From positions 64,001 to 128,000 of the forward strand of contig CAWFJP010000015.1 of assembly GCA_963816145.1 (NCBI GenBank): 64,000 bases of DNA, written 5' to 3'. A model generated the notes under the pieces. The model was not told where the DNA came from. It saw nothing but the letters and a program-made list of their open reading frames with translations, and searched no databases. This document shows, piece by piece, positions 57,290 through 64,000 of this stretch. Position 1 is the stretch's first letter; each line of letters opens with the position of its first letter. Position numbers and translations under genes: made by a program. The DNA comes from an uncultured delta proteobacterium. GTDB lineage: Bacteria > Desulfobacterota > Binatia > UBA9968.

Positions 57290-58123
57290 ATGAGAGCCGT
57301 CAAGCGTTATTTCTGGAGTTGCTTGTCAATCCTGCTGATTCCCGCCGCGCTCTTCGCCGCCGAAGCACAGAACGCTTTCAACGAAGGCGTAAAATTTTTC
57401 AAAACCGCCAAATATAAAGAGGCGGTCGCTGCCTTCAACCGGGCGATCAAGGCGGCGCCGAAATCGGACGAAGCTTATAACAACCGCGGCCTGGCCTATG
57501 CGAAGTTAGGCCAGCAGGACAATGCGCTCAAAGACTACGACGAAGCGCTCAAGTTGAATCCCAATCTGACCGACGCCCAGCTCAACCGCGGCAATATTTT
57601 TTTCGCGCAAAAGCAGTACGACCGCGCCGTCAAAGACTTCGATGAGGTGATCAAACAGGACCCCAAAGCGCCGCGGGTGTTGGTCCAGCGCGGCCTGGCC
57701 TATTTGAATCTGAAACAGTTCGACAAGGCGGTGCAGGATTTCAACCAGGCCCAGAAGCTCGACCCCAAGGATACCGAAATCTACTATGGCCGCGGCCTGG
57801 CCCATCGCCGTCTCGGCAAGAATGACTTGGCGGTGCAGGACTACAGCGAAGCGATCAAGCTCGACCCGAAAAACGGCGAGAACTACAACAACCGCGCCAA
57901 CGCCTACTCGCTCTTAGGAAAATTTGACGAAGCGGTGAAAGACTACGACGAAGCGATCAAGCTGAACGATAAGGACGCTAGAATCTACGCCAATCGCGGC
58001 GTCATTAAGCAGCGCTTGAAGAAGGAAGACGAAGCGCAGAAAGATTTTCAAAAAGCTGTGGAGTTAGACCCTACTCTGAAAGACAAACTCTCTTCATTCA
58101 TTGCACCGGCAAAGGCTCGATGA
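57290..58123 (+). CDS. Secreted tetratricopeptide repeat protein
   Basis: Signal peptide; repeated AYNNRG...A..DY..A..L.P 34-aa units. Confidence 0.92.
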   Translation: MRAVKRYFWSCLSILLIPAALFAAEAQNAFNEGVKFFKTAKYKEAVAAFNRAIKAAPKSDEAYNNRGLAYAKLGQQDNALKDYDEALKLNPNLTDAQLNRGNIFFAQKQYDRAVKDFDEVIKQDPKAPRVLVQRGLAYLNLKQFDKAVQDFNQAQKLDPKDTEIYYGRGLAHRRLGKNDLAVQDYSEAIKLDPKNGENYNNRANAYSLLGKFDEAVKDYDEAIKLNDKDARIYANRGVIKQRLKKEDEAQKDFQKAVELDPTLKDKLSSFIAPAKAR

Positions 58124-58126
58124 ACC

Positions 58127-59182
58127 ATGGCGCATGTCTTGGTAATTGTTGGTTTACTGCTCGGATTAACGATCAACGGCCAATCCGCTCGCGCGGGCCA
58201 AGCGGAAGATCCGCTCAAGACCGCCCTCGAGCTGCACGACGGTGGCAAGGTCAAAGAAGCGATTGTCGAATACGATAAAGTCATCAAGGCCAATCCCAAG
58301 CTTGCCGAAGCATATTTCAACCGCGGCAACGCTCATTTCGACTTGGGACAAAACCAACAAGCGGTAAGAGACTACAGCGAAGCGATCCGACTCAACCCCA
58401 AGGACGCCGAGGCCTATTTCATCCGCGGCAACACCTACCGGCGTTTGAAACAAGACCCGGCCGCGCTCAACGATTATACCAGCGCCATCAAGCTCAATCC
58501 CGACGACGCCAAGAGTTATACCAATCGCGCCAGCATTCACTTCGACGCGCGCCGCTATGAGGCCGCGCTCAAGGACCAAAACGAAGCGCTGCGCATCGAC
58601 CCGAAGGACGCGCAGAATTATTTTAACCGGGCCAACAGTTATCTGGCGCTCGATAAAAAAGACGAAGCGATCAGAGACTATGATGCGGCAATCAGCCGCG
58701 ACCCCAAGCTCGCCGATGCCTATTACAACCGCGGCATCGTCTATGCCGATCTGTTGAAGTACGACGATGCCATCCGCGACTTCGACGATTCGATCAGGCT
58801 CAATCCCAAGAATCCCGCAGCGTTTTACAACCGTGGACTTGCCAAGGGCAAGCTCGGCAAGTACGACGCGGCGATCGACGACTACGGTGAAGCGATGCGG
58901 CTGAACCCAAAAGATGCCGAGGCGGCGTTCAATCGCGGTCTGGCTTACATGCGCATCGACAAACATGAGTTCGCCGCGCGGGACTTCACCGAAGTGATTA
59001 TCCTGCAACCGAAATACGCCGACGCCTACGTCTATCGCGGCCTCATCCGTGTCTACCAGGAGCGCGACAAGGAAGCCGACGCCGATTTCCAAAAAGCCTT
59101 TCAATTGAATCCAGCTTTAAAGAAAAAACTGGAACCAGTCATCGCCGAGGCCAAAGTCAAGGCGAAGAAATTGGCGAAATAG
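58127..59182 (+). CDS. Secreted tetratricopeptide repeat protein
   Basis: Signal peptide; repeated AYFNRG TPR units. Confidence 0.92.
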   Translation: MAHVLVIVGLLLGLTINGQSARAGQAEDPLKTALELHDGGKVKEAIVEYDKVIKANPKLAEAYFNRGNAHFDLGQNQQAVRDYSEAIRLNPKDAEAYFIRGNTYRRLKQDPAALNDYTSAIKLNPDDAKSYTNRASIHFDARRYEAALKDQNEALRIDPKDAQNYFNRANSYLALDKKDEAIRDYDAAISRDPKLADAYYNRGIVYADLLKYDDAIRDFDDSIRLNPKNPAAFYNRGLAKGKLGKYDAAIDDYGEAMRLNPKDAEAAFNRGLAYMRIDKHEFAARDFTEVIILQPKYADAYVYRGLIRVYQERDKEADADFQKAFQLNPALKKKLEPVIAEAKVKAKKLAK

Positions 59183-59204
59183 ACTCCCACGCGGGAAAAC
59201 ATTT

Positions 59205-59624
59205 ATGGCGGAAGCCAATCTATATGGGGGTTTGATCGGCGGCCTGCTGATCGGCCTTGCCGCAAGCCTGTTCCTGCTCGTCAACGGTCGCATCGCCGGC
59301 ATCTCCGGTATTCTCGCAGGGTTGATAACTTCCAAATTCACAAGCGAATGGTTCTGGCGCGCTGCCTTCGTCATCGGTCTTGGCTGCGGCGCGGCCATCT
59401 ACGCTTGGCTGCGCGGCGCATTACCGTTGCAACATCAAGCTGGAAATGCACTATTGGGGCTCGCCGGACTGCTCGTCGGGTTTGGCACCAGATTGGGTTC
59501 CGGCTGCACTTCCGGCCACGGTATATGCGGCTTAGCGCGCCGTTCACCGCGCTCACTCGCCGCCACGGCGACTTTCATCGCTTGCGGCATACTGACTGTC
59601 TATCTAACGAGGCGTCTTTTCTAA
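59205..59624 (+). CDS. YeeE/YedE family sulfur-compound transporter half (N-type)
   Basis: [28 protein letters not shown]. Confidence 0.92.
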   Translation: MAEANLYGGLIGGLLIGLAASLFLLVNGRIAGISGILAGLITSKFTSEWFWRAAFVIGLGCGAAIYAWLRGALPLQHQAGNALLGLAGLLVGFGTRLGSGCTSGHGICGLARRSPRSLAATATFIACGILTVYLTRRLF

Positions 59625-60037
59625 TGCTGCCGACGATCAGCAGTTTCGCTTTGGGAATCCTGTTCGGCTTGGGCCTGAGCATTTCAGAAATGACCGATCC
59701 CGCGCGGGTGATCGGTTTTCTCGACATCGCAGGCCGCTGGGACCCGACATTGATATGCGTCATGGGTGGGGCGCTGGCGGTGACGCTGCCATTGTTCCCC
59801 TGGATTCAGAAACGGCAAAAATCCCTTCTCGGCGAACCGCTTCAATTGCCAAGCCAAACCCGCATCGATGCGCGTTTGATAATCGGCGCGGCGATCTTCG
59901 GTATAGGGTGGGGCCTCGCCGGTCTCTGCCCCGGACCGGCGCTGGCGAATTTAGCAAGCGCTTCTCCGGGCATCGCCTTGTTTGTCCTGGCGATGATCGC
60001 CGGACAGTGGCTGGCGATTCGCTTCGGCTCACGATAG
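59624..60037 (+). CDS. YeeE/YedE family sulfur-compound transporter half (C-type)
   Basis: GILFGLGL, FLD..G.WDPTL, FGIGWGLAGLCPGP; TAATG overlap. Confidence 0.92.
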   Translation: MLPTISSFALGILFGLGLSISEMTDPARVIGFLDIAGRWDPTLICVMGGALAVTLPLFPWIQKRQKSLLGEPLQLPSQTRIDARLIIGAAIFGIGWGLAGLCPGPALANLASASPGIALFVLAMIAGQWLAIRFGSR

Positions 60038-60166
60038 CCCGCAGCGCATTAAAGAATTCGCCGGTGATCGAAAGGGAGCCGAGTTCGGCCTATCAATGCC
60101 CTATTGCAGCAATACTTGGTAAATTATCTCCAAATCGCAAAACAACTACAGTTATAGGAAATCCAA

Positions 60167-61756
60167 ATGGGCGAGACACGTGTCGATCTGCAACATTTAC
60201 TAGAAGACCTACGGGACGCCTACCCCGGTTCCATCGAAGAAACCATTCTCACCGAGATCATGGCCAACTCGCTCGACTCCGGCGCGACAACGATCCGATT
60301 ATTTACCGATCCCGCCGCGCGCACGCTGACGGTTATTGACAACGGCAGCGGCATGCAGCGCCGCGAATTGTCGCGTTTTCACAATATCGCGTCGAGCACC
60401 AAGACGCGCGGCGAAGGCATCGGCTTTGCCGGGGTCGGCATCAAATTGGGACTTCTGGTCTGCGAGGAAGTCCTCACCGAGACCCGCCGGGGTAAAACCC
60501 ACATTGCGAGTTCATGGCACCTGGCGGCGCGCAATCGCGCGCCGTGGAAGTGGGTCACGCCCTTGGACTTGATCACCGAGCGCGGTACAGCGGTGCGCTT
60601 GCGCCTAGAAAATCCCTTGTCGCCGCTCCTTGATCCCGGCTTTTTGGCGGTGACTCTACGGCGCCACTATCAATCCCTGCTCGACCCAAGCTTCGATGAT
60701 TTTTTGCGCGGCCATTATCCCAGTGACATCGCCATCGAGGTTGACGGCCGCCGACTGGAAAAGCTGCACTGGACCGCGCCGCGCTCGGCGCCCTTGGAAA
60801 TTCGCCTCATGCGCAAACGCAAAGCCTCCGCGCTGGGCTATTTGATCCGCGCCGATCAACCCCTGATCGAGGAACGCCAAGGCTTGGCGATCAGCACCTA
60901 TGGAAAAGTCATCAGGCGTGGCTGGGACTGGCTCGGTCTGACACCGTCTGCGGCAGACTGTGTCGGCGGTATCATCGAAGTGCCGGAGCTCGCCGCTTGC
61001 TTGACCCTCAACAAAGGCGACTTTATCCGTGCCGGTTCCCGTGGTGCGACCTATTTGGGCTTTCGCAAAGCGATTCAAGAAGCGGTCGGCAGACAGCTCG
61101 CCGTTTGGGGCGATGGCCGCAGCAGTGCCGAACAAGCGCCGCCACGTGAAGTGCGGCCGCTGCAGCGCGATTTGGTACAAGTGTTAGAAGATTTGGCGGT
61201 GGAGTTTCCCCTGTTGGGCGCTCTGGTCGAGCATAGAGCCGGCGGTCAAAAGCGTCTACCGTTGGGCGTGCGCGGTGCCGGCAGCAATGGCCGCGGTTTC
61301 GTCGCCGCCTCGCTAACCGCGGCAGCGGAGAGTGAGGCAAGCGGGACTGCATCTTCGACCACGCCAGCATTGAACGATGCGAGCCAAAGCAATCCGCCGG
61401 AGGCGGTCAGTGAAACGAACGGCGGTTACGGCCCAACCAACCCCGGCATTCACTTGCCAAGCGAAACAGTCACCCGCCGTCCGGCGCATTATGGGTTGGA
61501 CATTCAGTTCGACGACCGACCCGACGACATCGAACTGGGCAGATTGACCGAGTCGACGGTGTGGGTCAATCGCGCGCATCCGGCCTACCGGCGTGCCCAA
61601 GCGTCGCATTCGGTCGGCTATCACATCGCCTTGGCGGTGGCGCTGGCGCTGGCGCCCCTCGCCGTCGAAGCGCCGCGCCAGCATGGCTTCGTCAGCACAT
61701 TTCTGTCACGTTGGGGTGAAGCCATCGATAAAGCCAAACCGCGCGGCCGGCGGTGA
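60167..61756 (+). CDS. GHKL (HATPase_c_3 / MORC-like) ATPase
   Basis: TEIMANSLDS, IDNGSGM, SSTK, GIGFAGVGIK, GT.V; S5-like LTLNKGDF; C-terminal VNRAHP. Confidence 0.82.
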   Translation: MGETRVDLQHLLEDLRDAYPGSIEETILTEIMANSLDSGATTIRLFTDPAARTLTVIDNGSGMQRRELSRFHNIASSTKTRGEGIGFAGVGIKLGLLVCEEVLTETRRGKTHIASSWHLAARNRAPWKWVTPLDLITERGTAVRLRLENPLSPLLDPGFLAVTLRRHYQSLLDPSFDDFLRGHYPSDIAIEVDGRRLEKLHWTAPRSAPLEIRLMRKRKASALGYLIRADQPLIEERQGLAISTYGKVIRRGWDWLGLTPSAADCVGGIIEVPELAACLTLNKGDFIRAGSRGATYLGFRKAIQEAVGRQLAVWGDGRSSAEQAPPREVRPLQRDLVQVLEDLAVEFPLLGALVEHRAGGQKRLPLGVRGAGSNGRGFVAASLTAAAESEASGTASSTTPALNDASQSNPPEAVSETNGGYGPTNPGIHLPSETVTRRPAHYGLDIQFDDRPDDIELGRLTESTVWVNRAHPAYRRAQASHSVGYHIALAVALALAPLAVEAPRQHGFVSTFLSRWGEAIDKAKPRGRR

Positions 61757-61762
61757 TTGAAA

Positions 61763-61860
61763 TTCCGTCATGCCGGTGCAAACCGGCATCCATCTTCTTT
61801 CTACTTTTTTTGCCCACCAGTCAGAAACACTGGATTCCGGCGTGCGCCGGAATGACGGAA
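61763..61860. repeat. REP-like inverted doublet
   Basis: TTCCGTCATGCCGG..CCGGCATCCA ... TGGATTCCGGCG..CGCCGGAATGACGGAA. Confidence 0.7.
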
Positions 61861-61878
61861 AAAAAGAATAGCACTGCC

Positions 61879-62907
61879 TCAGTACTTTAAACCGAGCATT
61901 GAAAGAAATTCCTGATTCAGTTCGGCGTAGCGGTCGGCGATCGAAATATCCACCGGCGCAAGCTTAGCTTGCATCATGCGCTCGAGCCGCTTGTTCTTGA
62001 TCGGCACGTCCCTGCGCGCCGGCACCCGGTCGGAGATTTCGTTCATCGCCTTGAGTCCCTCGACGGACAACCCCCAATAGAGAAACAGCCGCGCCGCGTT
62101 GGGGTGGGGCGGCTTGGCGCCGATGCCCCAGGCCAAGACATTCACCGGCACAGGCTCGAAAGTGACCCAATCGATGGGCGCCCCTTTGGCGCGAATGTTT
62201 TCGATCACCGACGCATAAGCGCTGATACCAAGGTTAAACTCGCCGGCACTGACGAGCTGCGCTTCCATCGTATGGCCGCGCCGCGGCCGCAAACCGTTGG
62301 CGACAAGCTTTTTAAACCAGTCTCGGCCGCGCTCGCGGCCCATTAGCTTGAGCCAGGTGGCGTAGAGATCGACGTCCTGCTCGTCCATCGTCAGTTTGTC
62401 TTTCCATTTGGCACTGGCCAGATCCTCGTAACTCTTCGGCAACTCGTTGGGCTTCACCATGTTGGTGTTGTAGGCCACCGACCAGAATTGAATATAGTAA
62501 GCCGCCCAATAATCGTCCGGATCCATGAAGCCTTCGAGAAAGCGGCCACGCTCCGGGTAATTCATTTTTTGCAGCCAATTTTTGCGCCGATATAATTCGA
62601 GATTGCTGGCGCGATTCATGACGACATCGAAACCCCAGCGGCCCGCGGGAATTTCGGTTTGCAGCTTCTGGGTCATCGCCGTGGCGCCGGCGCGAAACAG
62701 GCTAACTTTGATGCCGTATTTTTTCGTGAACAGCGCGGCCCATGCCTGGGTCTCCGGCAATGGCAAGGTCGAATACCAAACCACCTCACCTTCGGCTTTG
62801 GCCTTGTCGACCAGATCATTGCCCGCGATCTCGGCGCCATGCGCCACTCCTTGCAACAACAAGACGACAGCTAGAGCCACCCGAAGTCGCATTGATTCAC
62901 CCTCCAT
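61879..62907 (-). CDS. ABC extracellular solute-binding protein (AfuA/FbpA-like)
   Basis: Signal peptide, AKAEGEVVWYST, YNTNMV..PKSYEDL, PHPNAARLF. Confidence 0.9.
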   Translation of the reverse strand: MEGESMRLRVALAVVLLLQGVAHGAEIAGNDLVDKAKAEGEVVWYSTLPLPETQAWAALFTKKYGIKVSLFRAGATAMTQKLQTEIPAGRWGFDVVMNRASNLELYRRKNWLQKMNYPERGRFLEGFMDPDDYWAAYYIQFWSVAYNTNMVKPNELPKSYEDLASAKWKDKLTMDEQDVDLYATWLKLMGRERGRDWFKKLVANGLRPRRGHTMEAQLVSAGEFNLGISAYASVIENIRAKGAPIDWVTFEPVPVNVLAWGIGAKPPHPNAARLFLYWGLSVEGLKAMNEISDRVPARRDVPIKNKRLERMMQAKLAPVDISIADRYAELNQEFLSMLGLKY

Positions 62908-62912
62908 TTTTA

Positions 62913-64000
62913 TTAATCGCGCAAAATACTGCCGGCGCTGGTGCGCACAAGACGGGCATCCGTCGCATCGCGTAGGATACCTTTGGGATCTCGCCCTTCG
63001 CGCACGTCTTGAATCGCGGTGCGCAGTATCTTTCTGAACAACAGCACGCCTCTATCCGAACTAACCAGATGTTCCAAGCCATGCAGCGCGATCGGCCCCT
63101 GCCCCTCCACCGCTTCCTTGTCGTCGGGATGGCGCTGTGTGTATTCGAAACTGCGGTCCTTGCGTCCGGCGGGCGCGAGCTGCTCGCGCCCGGACAACGA
63201 CTCAACTTCGTCATCGGCGAGCCAGCGCACGCTCGCGCCCAATTGATGCGTGTCGTCGACGGGCACGCAATAGGTCACGGCGCGCACGCGTTCACTTTTG
63301 GGTTCATCGGTGTAAACCAGATGGACGTTGAGCGGCATGATCATCTCCCAGATAAGCTCCCACCATTTGCCGTTTTCGAGCTTGCGAGCGAGGACAAAGC
63401 GCATTCCCGTCTGAGTTTCTTCATAGCGCAAGTCGTCGGGATTGGCGCCGTAGGCTCGCGAGGGAAACTGCGGTCCGCTGTGCAGCGTGTGCAGCCAAAA
63501 CGTGTGCAGCGCGTCCATCAAATTTTCTTCGGCCTGCAACCAGTTGCAATCCACCGGCCCGCCGACCCGCGGCCCCATGCGCGCTTTCAGAGTGCCCCCG
63601 GGACGCTGCCAAACATCGTAGAGGGGAAATTCCGGCAGCCGCTCCAACGGCCCCATGTAGGCGAACACCAAACCGCCGAACTCACGCACCGGATAGCAGG
63701 GCTGTTGGATTTGTTTGAGAAAAGGATTGGGCGCCGGCTCCAGTGGCATCTCCAATATGTTGCCCTCCACGTCATACAGCCAGCCGTGATAGCAGCAACG
63801 CAGGCCGCGCTCCTCCACTCGGCCATATTCGAGAGAAGCGCCGCGATGACTGCAACGAAAAAAGAGCAGCCCCGCCCGGCCTTGGCCGTCGCGAAAGGCG
63901 ATGAGATCCTCGCCGAGAATTTTCACCGGCTTGGGCAAATCCTTGAGATCGGCGGAAAGACAGATCGGTTGCCAATAACGGCGCATCAGCTCGCCGCAAG
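62913..64000 (-). CDS. Rieske non-heme iron oxygenase alpha subunit (phthalate 4,5-dioxygenase/LigX-like); N-terminus off window end
   Basis: GELMRRYWQP, CSHRG...CCYHGW Rieske motif, ENLMDALHTFWLH, D...EGQG. Confidence 0.92.
   Translation of the reverse strand, partial: CGELMRRYWQPICLSADLKDLPKPVKILGEDLIAFRDGQGRAGLLFFRCSHRGASLEYGRVEERGLRCCYHGWLYDVEGNILEMPLEPAPNPFLKQIQQPCYPVREFGGLVFAYMGPLERLPEFPLYDVWQRPGGTLKARMGPRVGGPVDCNWLQAEENLMDALHTFWLHTLHSGPQFPSRAYGANPDDLRYEETQTGMRFVLARKLENGKWWELIWEMIMPLNVHLVYTDEPKSERVRAVTYCVPVDDTHQLGASVRWLADDEVESLSGREQLAPAGRKDRSFEYTQRHPDDKEAVEGQGPIALHGLEHLVSSDRGVLLFRKILRTAIQDVREGRDPKGILRDATDARLVRTSAGSILRD

Overview
GC-rich bacterial chromosomal window. Gene content suggests Candidatus Binatia/Binatota-like Deltaproteobacteria; this is inference from the expanded solute-binding-protein, VOC, LLM, UbiD and Rieske families. 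1-15.3 kb is a minus-strand catabolic/uptake operon: two UbiD-cupin pairs, an XDH-family molybdoenzyme trio, four tandem AfuA-like binding proteins plus a remnant of a fifth, and an FbpB-like permease. 15.7-23.4 kb holds a ThDP enzyme, FAH-family, ferritin-like and VOC genes, an orphan sensor kinase and an RfaH paralog. 23.8-37.3 kb is a housekeeping block (thrB, phosphatase, tRNA-Met, lipoate ligase, aceEF-lpdA, stand-alone 5'-3' exonuclease, M20 peptidase, degenerate Schlafen-domain protein, methyltransferase). The remainder is accessory metabolism, transport and hypothetical genes, with several REP-like repeat families. Best candidate for an undescribed system (46.3-49.1 kb): a DUF2294/MpsC gene is followed by a sigma70-like promoter and a ~320-nt leader with two tandem intrinsic terminators. 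Each terminator is overlapped by the same AYCRG-N9-AGGCCR motif, and a related motif+terminator unit recurs after the downstream ABC permease. This layout suggests an antitermination/attenuation circuit. Also found: an unannotated BFD+zinc-ribbon ORF lacking a canonical start, a UbiD missing catalytic residues, and a candidate RSPP arrest peptide. All family assignments come from motif recognition by eye, not database searches.
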